Assembly (NCBI RefSeq): GCF_001949145.1
Contig: NW_019091355.1
Location: 5,033,518-5,097,517 of the forward strand
Length of the DNA: 64,000 bases
Reading direction: 5' to 3'
From: Acanthaster planci
Lineage: Eukaryota
A model generated the notes under the pieces. That model had not been told where the DNA came from and made no database searches. It was given only the letters and a program-made list of their open reading frames with translations. A program made the translations under genes and the position numbers. Shown here piece after piece: positions 38,701 through 50,526 of the stretch (position 1 is its first letter; each line of letters opens with the position of its first letter).

Positions 38701-41700
38701 TGTCCAACCCTGCTTTATGTCCAAGTCCATGTAGTTTTAATGAATTTGGTCACCAAAGGACAAAACAAATTTTAAAAACACCTTAGCTGCAGCTGTGGCT
38801 ATTCGAGTATTAGTGGCCACAAAATCTGTAGCTCCTACAACCATCCCGGACTGGCCACTGAGTTTCGTAAGCGACACGTTCAATGCAGTAAGTCAAACCG
38901 GTCTCATCCTGATCAACATTTGAACTAATCCACAGCCCACATTAGAAGCCATTACTGTAGTTGTAAGTGCATGAAGCTCACACACAGGGGAAAAGCACAC
39001 TCTACTAAATGCATCTCTGACCAACAGGGTGTTATGACCAGCCAAGAGATGCACTTGCCTCAAGTTTAAGAAAGTGTGTGAGCATTAACGGCACCTTTTC
39101 AGATTGGTCTAGGGATCAATTCATTTACACGTATTTCAACTTATCAGCGAATTAAGTGTCAGTGACTTGACACCTGTGCCTTTTATACAAAATGGAAGCG
39201 CATGTGAGTGCCTGAAGAGAAAGTTCATTTCTAAAAAAATCTTTTTAAAATCTATCATGACTGGATTGACTAGCTGAGAAAATTTCAGCTTGCACAAGAT
39301 AATGAGCGCTCAGGTTTCCCCTTTGGTCTGTTACCTCTAGCTGAATCCCAAAGATGTCTTTGCCCTGTTTCTCTGCTGGCTGTGATGGGCTCTGAGTCAT
39401 TATCTCTAGAGAACATAAAAAAACAAGAGGTCATTTTTAGTTTATTTCAATGCATTTTTTTTAAATAATCCCAACCGCCACAAAAATATGGGATCCACTA
39501 ATGTGCCCACAAATCAAATGATCAATGAAGCATTGTAAATATGATATTAATATTAAATTAACAATATTATTCCATTGACATTTTTTATTTGTACAAAGCC
39601 CGGGCAAGGGACAGTGGACAGATTTTTTTCTGCTGCTATTTTATCCTAATTACTATTTCATTCCCCCAAGCTAATATGTCATTCTCAAAATATACTTATT
39701 CTTTTGAACGAATTTCCTAGCAATTCGTTTGCATGAATTCCTAATTTAGTCACACAGATTACTAATTTGTGTGAGCAAACGACAGGAGAAAAGTCCTGTA
39801 TGAGTTATACATTGTTACATAGTCTCAATGCAAGCATTGCTATTGTGTAAATAGTTTATACAAATTCCTACACACAAGCAATTCGGGGAGCACAAATTAA
39901 TAATTCTTAGGAAAGACACAGAAATTTGTATGAACGAATTAGAGATTTCTGGGGATGAATTAGTAATTGATGAAGACACTGTAATTTGGGCAAACAGATT
40001 AGCAAGTCATGGGAATTCCAATGCACAAAATAAAGGGGTTTGAGGTGGCCACTTCAAATTAAAGCTGAAAACAGCTACCGGTAGCAAAAAGCTGAAACGT
40101 AAAAGGTTCCCATACTTTTGTACAGACCAGGCATACAAAAAAGCTGAAATCAGCTAAAAAGCTGAATTCTCACACCCAAGAAAATAGTAACACAAAAATA
40201 AACAGTTTCACCCTGTACCTTCCCAGGCTTGGTACATTTGTGTTGTAGATAAAGTAGCACCAAGTCTGAAGCCAAACATACAATGTAATATACGCAAGAA
40301 AGAATAATGCATTAATTATGTGGAGCTAATCCTGTCAAGTAAAGGAAACTTTCATCTCTCAAACTAGTAACGTTTTTATCTCAGTCAGCAAAGACAGTGA
40401 CGATCCAGGCATCTGGGGAAAAAGTGTCTGTTATTCTGAGGTTAAACCCCTCGGGCAAATGTCAGATGTCTGGGCAAACATGACAACCCCCAGGACACCC
40501 TAAACCCTTGTCAAAAGATAATGTAACACTGATGACTTCATCACACATGGTACAGAAAATAACAGTTGAGATACAGACATCAACAATGAAATGTCGAAAA
40601 GAATTCAATTTCTTAATATCCGTCCATCTTACACTGAGGAGAGTTGACAGCGGAAAGTGTAAGTTTTGATTCCGTATAAATCACACAATTCCTCTGGGAA
40701 CTATGGTGGTCTAGCCCTTTTTTAAAGGGCCCATGCAGTACAATTTGTTTGAAGCAGTTTTGGTACATTTCCTTTAAAATTGTCCCATGTTAACCCTGAT
40801 TATTTTTTTTAAGATTTGTTTTACCTGTTGTATATTTATGAGCATAAATGCAATGTCATTCAAGGTACAATTCTAGCATTTCAGCTGTTTTCATTAGAAC
40901 ATTATCAACATTTGGTCATTTTGCTGTCATGAGAAATTTTGTATACTTCAGTGATCTTTTGTTTAAATTAAAAGTAGTGGATCGGTGAACGTAGTTTACT
41001 CGCAAATACTTTCAACTACATTTTGTAGCAAATTTTTGATTCGCAATTTGAACAGAAACCCTCCCCCAAAAATGAAGTGTCTGCCTGAAATAACCTCACA
41101 GCAGCACTGCCTTACATTTGTCAGCGAAAGCACGGAAAAGTTTCAATGTTTAAAAAGTACACTTTTCAATAGAGTAACCAATAAAAGTCAGATGATTTTC
41201 TCATATCTGTGAGAAAAAAGTAGCACAAAACATGTTCCCAATTATTGGAGTTGGTTCCACTTTACACTTCGTTATCCGCCCCAAGCTGAAGTGCACCCCA
41301 AATCGGCGAAAGAAAGACAGGTGGTTACAAGCAGGTTCTTGCACGTGTTCTGCATGTACGCAAAGACGATATGTGCCGGAATAAATCACTTGTGTACTAA
41401 GCATGCTTAGTGTGAAACACGCATATACTTGCACGCCTCATGGCGCGCCTATGCGGTGGGTACCAAAAAACAACAACAAAAAAACCACATATGACAACAT
41501 CAAATACTGCCCTAGTGCATATATTCAATGTCTTTTGTAAGACTTGAAAAACTATCACCTTCTTTTTGCCTCCAGTGTTAACGAGTATTTAGATCTTTAA
41601 GACATCTGTTTTATGTGATCTACAGACCTGTTGCTCTTTCATGCTACTGTGTTTTAAAGGAACTCTAAAATTGTGCAGACTGAAAAAACAACTCTCTCGC

Positions 41701-44700
41701 AAACCTTGTTAATTTGAGGAGGACAGGATGTTTCTTCAGATGTGTGATACAGAAAGTCTCCTTCCTCTTCCACAACTTTTTTCCCCAAGCAAGGTCAGTG
41801 AATGGCCAATCAGTCACATGCAGGAAAATTCTTTCAGACAAAAACATATCCTCTGATGACTGATGATGATCTACAGTAGTAGTGGATGGGGGGTGCACCC
41901 AAGATACCCCCCCCATTTTCAAATTTACTTTTAGGGATTTTAGGAGAAATTTAGTTAACTTCACTATGATTTTCCTATAGTATGGAAATAAACCTGAACG
42001 CTGATGTTGGGCTCCCCTCCATTTGGGCACCGCCCCCTTTCACCGCCCCCTGTCAGGTGCCCTCTCCAAGCCGTAAATACGGAGATTGGTCACTGTAGCA
42101 TGAAGTGTACATGTAGTTGTCAGATCACAAAGCCACTGAACACATGATGGGTTACAAAGGCATTCGATGGGAAAACTAGTAGTTACCAGTATACACGTAT
42201 TTACAGTATGTACACAATAATAACCAATTCTTCATTAATTCAAAAAGGAATTTTTCGGTACATACATGTACATGTAGTATACCTTCCAAACCCTCATTTT
42301 TACCTTATTTATTCATCACTTATTTTGAAATGCACAGGGCATGTTCCACTCGAGGAAAATCAACAAACATTATTCATATTACAAACAATTTATCAAATTC
42401 ACCACATTGACTGGAAGACAAGCTGGAACTTGACACCTGTCACAGATGTGTACATGTACATGTAGAGAGATAAATGATAGCAGTGGGTTGCATCATCATA
42501 AAAACTGTTGGAGGTACATTACAATAATAGGCCAGTGGGTAAACAGGCATAGTTACATGGCCTTTAGACAGCACTGAGAGGTTAATATTTGCCAAAAGAG
42601 ATACTTAAAATCTGCTGTGTTGTTGACTGGATAAGTGGTATTGTTATATGGTATAGACATTGCCTACAGTAACAATTGTGAAGATTCTGTGTATATGCTG
42701 GTGCAACTTTCCAAACATATGCATTTTGCACATGTATGTTAACAAACTTAATGTAACTAAAACATAAACAATTTAACAGTGCATGGATCCACACGTTTCT
42801 CAGCCACTTGGGATTCATTTAAACAGGAAAAAGGGGCCTGATGAAAGGGGTTTGCAGTTTTCCGTTAAAACGATGACAATACTGATACTATGCATGTATC
42901 AAAACTTCAACAGGAAGCTTTTTCAAATAGGATCCATTAGCAAGGGAACTGTATCACATGGAACTCTCACCTTTCCACAATAGTCATTAACATCCTTCTG
43001 CAGCCTCTCATAACTTTCCTCTTTTAAGTTGCTACCAACCACAGTTTTCAACCTTCATGTAACCTTATTGCAAGTGCACCTTTTTAAAAAATTAATAATT
43101 TAAAGCAACCTGTTCCAGACAGCAATTAGTGTGAGGAAGCAAGTTTGCCTAATAGATTATGTTGTTCCTTCCTGATTGCCTGTTGTAACCATGAACAGTG
43201 AAGGAGTAACAGACACATATGGCAATTTTAGAATGTAAAACAAGACTGATAATTTTCACAGGAGCGTCCATTTATCCTGTTCATTTTACAAAATTGATAA
43301 TTCCAGATGTGATCCATGAATCACAATATACTGTGTCTGGATAGTTTCCAAGGTACATTCAGCTTACAAGTTAAAACATTCATTGCTTGCTTGCCACTAT
43401 TCCACTGGTGTTGGGGAAGATAAAAAATGGGATTCTTTTCTCAAAGGAGCCATCCAATTTTTTTTCCATCCACAAATGAATCCTCCCCCCTCTCCCCACA
43501 AGGAATGTAGGTGATTCCATAAATATGGGACCCAATGTGTGACACTTTTGGTGTCCCCCTTACACATGAAACAAATTTTGAAGATCGGTTGACACTACAA
43601 CAGAAAGACATTTGGAAAAAGGAAAGTGGTAAAAATTACAATCTTGTGTGTGCTGCCTAATATACTGTTAAATGGACGAAATATTTTATTGAGTTGTTAC
43701 ACTATAAGGTGCAAACAAACTGATTGGTTTCGTGCGTGAGGAGGGCACCAAAACTGTCGCAAGGTGGGTCCCAAATTTATGGAATTATCCATGTGGTAGT
43801 ATTGTGTCTAACATGCTTGTGCTTCCAATTTCTTCAAAAGACAAAGCAATATACATGTAATTCCAAGGGGTACAACTTGTCCCATCTCCCCCCCCCTTAT
43901 GCAATTACTGACTGGCTTCATCGCTGCCTGATGAATGGCAGTGGTTTGCATTGATAAGGAGTATCACAATGCTCCGAGCTTAGGGTGGATTTTCGGAGAG
44001 ATTATCCAGATATGTGCACTTTTCCAGGGAGAGTCCCTCTGCACAATGCAGCGTCACCTGTATTCACATGTCAAGAGCACTGTTCACTGAGTATGCCAAA
44101 GGTTTCGTTCTTGTAAATATTAACACTGGATAGGGGAAAAAATAATGCATCATACAAAAGTGACAGTTTACTCAAAATTATTTTCAAAACATACATGTGT
44201 GTGCTTGCAAGTTGGTGCCCCATACTTGTACACATGTAGTTGTCAGGTGGTTTATGATAGTGGCATCAGTGATAAACATTATGAACACCAATGAGTCATT
44301 GGCCTTTTTTGGAAGGGTAGAAAGCGCTAACATTTGTTGCAAGATCAACTGATTGATATGGGAGGAAAAAACCAAGCAATACTGAATACAAAGTGAGGGA
44401 GGCAGGAACCTCCTCAGGAGGAAATTTCAGGAGAAATTTTCTCTGTCTTTTTTTCCCTCTGGGAAAGAAAAAACCAGGGAGATTGAGACTTAAACCCTTG
44501 GCCTGCTGTTGACAATACATACAGCATCACAAAGAGTCATAAATTTTGTGCTGTTTTTCACCACACAACCTGAACAATGCGTTGGATTGTTCTTCCCAGT
44601 ACAAAGGTGCAGGCCTTTGGAGGCACCACTCATTACATTCGGATAGTGTACACAATACCATTTTTATCACGAACCTGCATTCTCCCCAATTTACACAGAG

Positions 44701-47700
44701 CTGTAAAATAGAAATAATAGGTAAACAACAGCTGACAGCCCTGGGCATTCCCATGTCCAAACTGTTTTCATTAATCCTATACTCAATTCAACTGGCCTCG
44801 AACAGACAAATTTGCTCAAAAGGTACGGCTGTGGGCGAGAAACAAAACAGTCCATTTTTCCCACGAAGGCCGTTCCAGCTTGTGGCAGCTCTATATGTAG
44901 ACAAAAGATGCCGCAGTGTGATGAAATGCTCTAGCGAACTGAAGAAGGTTTCTTATTGGAAATCTCTGTTCTGATTGTGATGATGTGCACCATCTAGCCC
45001 TGAGAAGTTGCATCAGTCATTCTGTAATTATACTTTGCATACTTGTTATCATCTGAAGTGGTACGATGGAGCGATTCCATTACTGATTCGATTCCACCGC
45101 TGAGAATACATTGTACGGTACTAGCAATTTCTGCTGAACTGCCGATGAAGGTTTTGTACCGGTAAGAGGAGTTCCAGGCAGGGTTAAGCTGTGGCCAAGC
45201 TGCCAGACGCTATCTGTTCCCTGGACCCCCCTCCCAAGCTTCCAGGGAAGCAGGATATTTACATGTATAGGCACAAAGGCTGGAATAGGTAATAAATTCA
45301 AACTCTTCCTGTTTTTCCCCACAATCCTAGTAAATTTGGAATTGTGCCTTTTTCTTTACACAGAAGTGATCACATAAAACGTAATGGCAAATCAAAAAGA
45401 AATTTTCCACAGTTTCTACTATAGATTCTCCAATTTACAAAAGCAATCTGACTGCACAGTACCAGATAGCAAGTACCGCTACCTCGATGCAGTAATGACT
45501 TCAAAAGAGGTGCCCTCACCCCTTCCCCATCATAGCTCCAACACAGGAAAACCAAAAATCAATACAAATGCATGTCTAAAGTTAGAAAAAAATGTTCTCT
45601 CTTACAAATTACACCCCCATGTACATGAGAGTACCTTCATGTGCCTCACAATGTCAATTTTTCCTGGACACGACTACATCAAACATTTCTACACTATCAG
45701 TTTCCATACAACTACATGTACATGTAAAACTAGGAACGAAATTGTGATCTCCAATCGTACCACAATATTGGAAACATTAATTACACGCATGTACATCCAA
45801 AGCAAACGTGACTCAACGTGCATCTGAAAGTGACCCACCTGTTAATTTTTCCCTCACGTCAAGAGAGTGCACAGCAGTGTTTTTCACACGGTAGGCCTAT
45901 CCTTTCTGGTTTGTCCTCCCCTCCCACAAACAAGGCTTTTACCAACAAAGCATGGGAAGGTTTGCTACCAGACTGTCCCAGATCAGCATGCTGAACATTC
46001 TGAGGGGCTCAAGTTCAACATCAAGGTCTGTTATGCCCGTGCACCCAGACCACTGGGAATGAAGGACGAGGGGTCAGCAGAGGTCAGCACACCTGCTGCT
46101 GAGACAGCCCGCTCACAGCACGGTCACTAATTGACTAACACGAGAAATATCATGCTCTATTTAACCCCCTAGAAAGACTACCAATCTACAGTGCCCAGGA
46201 TATGCTGCTGTTAGTGCAGAGGTGTTTGCTGAAAAACAAAATTCCAGACACTGTGTGTACATGTGTGTACTGAAATATGACACTGACTCTGATAAATTTC
46301 TTTCTAAGTTGCATTTGGGACATACCTTGAACATTATTTTCAATGATGACTTGCAATACCAATGCATTAACTCCTACAGTAATTAAGAGGAAGCACAGTT
46401 TTCTTCATCATCAATTTGCCAAAAGGTAGTTTACATTAACTATGAGCCAAAAGCTTTGAAAACTAGAACGTTGCCATTTTGCATATAAACCTGAAGTGGC
46501 TTAAGTACAAAAAATTACTTTTATTCAGAACAAATTTCTGAAACAAAAAAAATTAAAATGATACATCAAATCCTAAGGTTTTCAGTGGCAATGGGCCACA
46601 AATTAAATTAGAAATGAAAACCGTGGGGCAGACAAGAGAGTTTGTGAATGTACAGGATAGTTGACACTGAATAATGGACAAAGGCATTAATATGACTGCC
46701 CAAGCAATTATCTTGGGGACCCGCAACTAATCTTAATGTACATGTACAGGAGCATGTACTGTACATGTATGGGGCCCAGGTGTTGAGTGAAACTTTCAGA
46801 CCTGTTTTGAAGTGTTTATTCACATCTCATGTAGTTTCGGGTTTAGTTTTAAGTGGCTACTTCATTACTGTGTACACATTTCCTCTTGGCCATTTCCAAA
46901 CAATTAAACAATGTATATTGTGTACGCAACAGCTGCAGCGATTTCTTAGAACACACTTCAACTTTCCACTTGTTGCAGCAAAGGTGAAATAAAAGGTAGC
47001 AAAAACATCAATTTCATCAAACAAACAACACTCACATGCTACATGTGCCTGTATGTGAACACAAAGTGTTTGTGTCAACCATTTACAGTGAAGTGCTTTT
47101 GATGAAAAGGGTGAGCATACAATGAATTTTCTTTTACTAAATCATGGCTAGAAAAAAATCACTTGATTATGGAACTTAAAACCTTAAACCCTCATACATG
47201 TACATGTACCAGTAATTCTTTTAGAACTTTTGTAAGCTACTGCCCTGGATCTTTGAAAATTCTCTTAAGTGGGGGGAAATGCAACTATTCAGGGATTAAA
47301 AACCCCACTAAGCAATATAAATGGACACAGGAAGTTGCTGGGATCTATGTATGCATGAACTTCCTGCATCCCACAAAATCCTTCCAATTTACACTTGGGT
47401 AGATTTTGAAAGATTTGTTGCATGAAAATTAATAAATTCATAATCTAGTCACAAATACCCGGTAGCAAAAGTAAGCCACTTTGTTGTGATATTATTTCAC
47501 TAAACGGAGAATCATTCAAAAGTCAGGATTCATGCACCAGTACAATGCAACAGGAGTATATTTCTCCATCATGCAACTCAACAGCTTGGTGGAGTTCCCC
47601 ATTTCTCCTATTCTTCCAAACTTCCACGACTGACTATAAATTTACCTCACTGAAATAGATAACACCTGATCGGTACGATGTAGCTACTGCAAGCTGTTGG

Positions 47701-49364
47701 CAAACTGCAACTCACTTGTGAAATTAATCAGGAGTGCAACAGCTGCATCGGTACGTCAAATTCTCATGGGATTGGCCATTTATGTAATTTGATTTCAATT
47801 CCAACATTCACAATAAATGGTACTGGCTATGCCATTGTTACTTTTAATATTTAAGCTTGTAATAATTGGCTAGTGTATACAGTATGCACATTTTAGATGT
47901 GTATTTTTTCCATACTGTTTTGATTTAATTAATTTTTTAGTGTTTAAAATGATGAACTTTACTCTGAATGCTTGGCAACCAGTTCTACAACAAACACTAC
48001 ATTTGCTTCTAAAATTCCAAATAACTGACTGTTAACGAGTTATGTTACAAAGATGGAGAATATTCAAATAAAACTACATATATCTTAAAGACAGCTGAAC
48101 AGTAGCACTTCCTTGGATAGGACTCAGTAAAACTTTCATTTCGTTTCCTTAAAATAGGTCATAAAAACGTTTAAAAGTAAAAATGAAACACAGGGACAAG
48201 GTCATGAGTAATTTACATGTATCTACCTTTTTTCCCTCTTTAGATAACTGACAATTAAACCAAACATTGGAAGGAATCCTGCATAATAGTCATAGGCAGA
48301 AATTTCATTGGGGGAAATACTGGATGGTTGAAACAGGGCTGGATTTCTTCCTTCAAAGCAAATAGGAAGCTGCACAGCAAGGACCAGGCTAGAACAATTT
48401 GGATGTCAGCTGCGAGACACAAGCTAATTAAAGACATCCATCGGAAGGCGTGTTCTCTTGGGTCAAGGGAAACAAATGGGAATATCCCATTATCCCCCTT
48501 TAAAGTTTTAACACGAATTTAATAAAAATAAAACCAGCAATGATGGCATCAGGCTTTGATGTTAATGAAAGCCTTTTAACTTAAGGAGCATAATGTGCAA
48601 TAAGGGACATTTAGATGCACTGCTTTCACAGGTTTCCAGCAACACATGCTGTCAACAGAGTAAGTATATGTGAATCACCCATTCATTAATGATGTAGTAT
48701 CCTACCAGTACCTACAAGACATGTTACCCTCTAGCAAACATAAATACAGCCTTTTCTCAAATGAAATTTTATGTGAAAACAGTTCATTTTTATGCAATTC
48801 CAAGTTAAAGTTTCAAGAAATCACAGACTGGTCTGTAACCAATTCAGTCACAATTTAATGTCATATTTATGTTTATTTAAGTAGGATAACTCACCTCCCT
48901 AAAATATCAAAACACTCCAGAGGCTTGAATTATCAACTCTCCACCTCTCTCCTGGTGTGGCCGGCCATACAATTTTTACAAACTAAGCCCCTACAAATTT
49001 CAACCCAACGGATATTACCAAAAGGACAAACAGAAAACCTGGTCAAACCATGGAGAAATAAAACTGAAAAGCTAGGAAGTTCACAAAACTGACCGAGGGG
49101 GGAACATATAATTAAAAATTCAACATTTTTACAGAGGCAAGTGACCGCACCGTATCAAAAGCTGCGGTTTCACTGCTAGACCCTTTCAAAATACAGTCTG
49201 GGTCAGTGGACGCATATAACGGGCTACCGGTTTATTGATTAATTTCAGTCTCCGCGTATTCTGTCAACGTGCATTTCGATCGAACATCGCTTGGCTTATC
49301 ACATAAATTTTCGTGTTCATTTATTGAAATGGTGTAAATACGTACCTTCTTCTCCAGTCGACAT
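2766..49364 (-). CDS. Unidentified multi-exon gene. Longest hand-built model is 110 aa: MSTGEEEIMTQSPSQPAEKQGKDIFGIQLEQREFEKQKALISRLQFQHDMLEKQYQEAAMGMFKSYHRCVKSQRSLPHLGIKQTHKVRPSIFGTLTKEKTPKDDSKKSSW*
   Basis: Seven exons (49364-49346, 39405-39335, 31230-31196, 30856-30769, 22371-22321, 10914-10858, 2777-2766) with canonical GT/AG sites and polypyrimidine tracts. Intron phases 1,0,2,0,0,0 join without stops. The middle part looks like a Q/E/K-rich helix or coiled coil. Family not recognised; the last exon is the least certain. Confidence 0.65.
8628..8858. repeat. Interspersed repeat with GGGGGCCC palindromic runs
   Basis: GTAGGAAGGGGGGCCCC start, CCCCTTCC end, internal G/C hairpin. Confidence 0.45.
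10858..10914 (-). CDS. Unknown gene exon 6 (PSIFGTLTKEKTPKDDSKK), 57 nt symmetric; putative constant exon
   Basis: Very strong acceptor (long T-rich tract ending ttcag) and donor AAG|GTAAGT, phase 0->0. Confidence 0.8.
12942..13085 (-). CDS. Candidate alternative first exon D (MAYSLLHDVVLAPKNGPVRKITGVHGSNGLPEKLLIRANLFGIGELPK, 48 aa)
   Basis: ATG in good context (agaATGG), 48 open codons, donor AAG|GTACAT in phase 0. Confidence 0.5.
14145..14396 (-). mobile_element. MITE family 1, diverged copy
   Basis: Termini GGATCATTCTATAAAT / ACAGAATGACCC; shares the internal ttgtttgtcaggtaatttgc and aatgtgtcctaaactcaca blocks. Confidence 0.65.
15221..15447 (+). mobile_element. MITE family 1, intact copy with 15-bp TIR GGGTAATTCCAGAAA
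   Basis: Perfect terminal inverted repeats, ATAT on both flanks; related copies elsewhere in the window. Confidence 0.85.
15750..16484 (-). CDS. Candidate alternative first exon C, 245 aa with an N-terminal transmembrane segment (AFLLTCGLIWILIFYSFLFLW)
   Basis: Longest ORF in the window; ATG at 16484; hydrophobic ~21-aa stretch then a hydrophilic region; donor GAG|GTGAAT in phase 0 just before the in-frame stop. Confidence 0.65.
19924..20058 (-). CDS. Candidate alternative first exon B (MNKNWTYG...LKLTTGRK, 45 aa)
   Basis: ATG-initiated open frame ending at donor AAG|GTAATG in phase 0. Confidence 0.35.
21711..21872. mobile_element. Palindromic (foldback) MITE
   Basis: ~65-bp imperfect inverted arms, TA at both ends, ATTGGCCAAT in each arm. 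Confidence 0.75.
22321..22371 (-). CDS. Unknown gene exon 5 (SQRSLPHLGIKQTHKVR), 51 nt symmetric
   Basis: Acceptor ccatatttcttttcaactcgtatag, strong donor AGG|GTGAGT, phase 0->0. Confidence 0.65.
24907..25310 (-). mobile_element. 5'-truncated L2/CR1-group LINE, decayed ORF2 C-terminus and 3' tail
   Basis: ISPVL*QLHWLP...KILVLIYK...AP.YL then RTLCSS..LL..KSYGQPAF..AA.ELWK.LP....FK.QLKTH, with a stop and a frameshift; (TAT)n-like tail at ~24907-24930. Confidence 0.88.
27158..27325. mobile_element. MITE with ~27-bp TIR GGGGCCAATTTCACAGAGCTGCTTAAG
   Basis: Matches inverted CTTAAGCAGCTCTATGAGACTGGCTCC; GGG terminus resembles PIF/Harbinger (inference). Confidence 0.7.
28396..28473 (-). CDS. Candidate alternative first exon A (MAFNLFVMFVKWPKRTSKFSRGSKNK)
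   Basis: ATG at 28473, donor AAG|GTAGGT in phase 0; directly downstream of a dense CCAAT/AP-1/octamer cluster. Confidence 0.55.
28640..29150. promoter_or_regulatory. Internal promoter/enhancer: CCAAT-box, AP-1, octamer and C/EBP-ATF motif cluster
   Basis: Seven ATTGG in one orientation (~28665, 28700, 28841, 28970, 28988, 29044, 29073); TGAGTCA at 29053 and 29141; ATGCAAAT at 28647 and ATTTGCAT at 29128; ATTGCATCA at 28722. Confidence 0.65.
30769..30856 (-). CDS. Unknown gene exon 4 (SRLQFQHDMLEKQYQEAAMGMFKSYHRCVK), 88 nt
   Basis: Branch-like gctaac, pyrimidine tract and aaatag acceptor; donor AAG|GTATTG; phase 2->0, matching exon 3. Confidence 0.75.
31196..31230 (-). CDS. Unknown gene exon 3 (QREFEKQKALI + 2 nt), 35 nt
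   Basis: Acceptor ttgttttattcatttttcag, donor CAG|GTACGT, phase 0->2. Confidence 0.75.
32124..32460. repeat. Interspersed GC-rich repeat (gggtccagggccc / ggtgcaatctgag type)
   Basis: Resembles a repeat type I recall from echinoderm genomes (not searched); G/C runs at the end. Confidence 0.45.
32690..33830 (-). mobile_element. Possible decayed L1/Tx1-like non-LTR retrotransposon 5' portion
   Basis: GC-rich block spanning a gap; broken Pro/Ser-rich frames followed by MASIIVTTCN, reminiscent of an APE-endonuclease ORF2 start. Confidence 0.35.
33110..33278. other. Assembly gap
   Basis: Run of N. Confidence 1.
35877..36010 (+). mobile_element. MITE family 1, partial copy spanning an assembly gap
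   Basis: Starts GGGTAATTCCAGAAAT; gtttggcaggtaatttgca after the gap. Confidence 0.65.
35903..35985. other. Assembly gap
   Basis: Run of N. Confidence 1.
36305..36543 (+). mobile_element. MITE family 1 copy
   Basis: Highly similar to 15221-15447; ends TTTCTGGAATTACCC; left TIR partly lost. Confidence 0.85.
39335..39405 (-). CDS. Unknown gene exon 2 (EIMTQSPSQPAEKQGKDIFGIQLE), 71 nt
   Basis: Acceptor cttgtttttttatgttctctag, donor GAG|GTAACA, phase 1->0, open frame. Confidence 0.7.
43509..43790 (+). mobile_element. MITE family 1-related element
   Basis: ~26-bp imperfect TIR AGGTGATTCCATAAATATGGGACCCA / TGGGTCCCAAATTTATGGAATTATCC. Confidence 0.65.
49346..49364 (-). CDS. Unknown gene, coding part of exon 1 (MSTGEE + 1 nt)
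   Basis: ATG at 49364; donor GAAG|GTACGT; lies in a CpG-rich stretch opposite the hydrolase first exon; phase 1 matches the 39405 exon. Confidence 0.65.
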
Positions 49365-49651
49365 AACAACTTTTACTCTATCAAATTCAAGCCTGCTGAA
49401 CTTCACATGATGTTCCCAAAAGGGTGAAATAATCAGAAATGTTGTGACATAATCGCGACGATACCGTAACAGACGACATCAGCTGTGAATGTCTGTGTAG
49501 ACTGGTGGGTACGTTTGATAGACTTCGATATTATGTGGCTAAGCGTTAGGTCTTTGGAACCCAGACTGCCTGAAAGCCGGTGAAGTGTGTACCTGTCAGT
49601 TCTTTATGGCGTGACTTATATCCAAAAATACCGCAGCCCATTTGTTCAGTG
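49365..49651. promoter_or_regulatory. Probable bidirectional promoter with the non-coding first exon of the hydrolase
   Basis: CpG-rich; minus-strand donor at 49345 and plus-strand donor GTG|GTAAGT at 49652 diverge ~300 bp apart. Confidence 0.6.
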
Positions 49652-50526
49652 GTAAGTTAGTACAGAGTTATGGATTATATTGTCATTCAATCATTTTCTG
49701 ACTTAATGTGGTTTTGGTTGGCCACCAGTTCACAGTTGGTTTTGAAAGCGTGATATTTTTTATTGCTGTAGTCGAGTCACTGATGGCTTCTGCTGCAGAG
49801 TTCAATGACACAACAGCTGTACTCTGCAGATAATGTAGGCCGGGGACATGGGGCTGGCCGGGAGGCTCCGTGACGAGTACCTTCTCAGGTTGCGTCGTAC
49901 ACTTGCAAGCCTGGGCCTCTTTTGATGCAACTCAAAATGGATATTTAGTTGATATTGAAAGGGAACCTAGAAATCAATCATAAATGATTTACATTTTTCA
50001 GCATTGAACGATGCCAAGAGCCTTGCAGAGTTCAAGATGGGATGACTTGCGGAGAGATTCACCATTTGCTAGCCTTGGGTTTTCCAAACTATTCTCATCC
50101 AAGCTATTCAGATCTCATGCAACATTGTACAATTAGTGAATGTTTATGAGTTCAAAAAGAATTTCATGAGGTGAAAGAATGTTCTATTTGACTATTCCAT
50201 GAGAGGCGTAGGCTGAGTAGATGGAATGGAACATCCGTAGGCTCCACTGTCTCTGTGACAAATTCTTTCTCTTATGTGAAACATTTATTATTTGTGAAAA
50301 TACAATGTCTGAATAAATAATCTGTGTGAGCACATTGCCGTTTACCTCATTTAGTCTGATTGCTGGTATGTTTCATCCACTGGTCACTGTTTGGTAGCCA
50401 AATGAATCAATGATACGTCCGTGATCGACAGCTCACTAATCCAGTTTCAGGGATTTATTCAGGTGCTGTGTTATTTTAGTAGTTGATGTATTTTTTATCA
50501 TCCTTCCTATTATCTCTGTAATCTGT

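Noticed and set aside
38406..38786. 126-aa plus ORF
   Set aside because: No motifs, splice support or coding-like composition
40219..40265. 47-nt minus exon candidate (DLVLLYLQHKCTKPGK, phase 1->0)
   Set aside because: Weaker acceptor than the 39405 exon and incompatible with it in series (creates a stop); at best a mutually exclusive alternative
45384..45827. 147-aa plus ORF (and similar 44546-44974, 61828-62271)
   Set aside because: No recognisable domain; intronic, AT-rich or antisense to real exons
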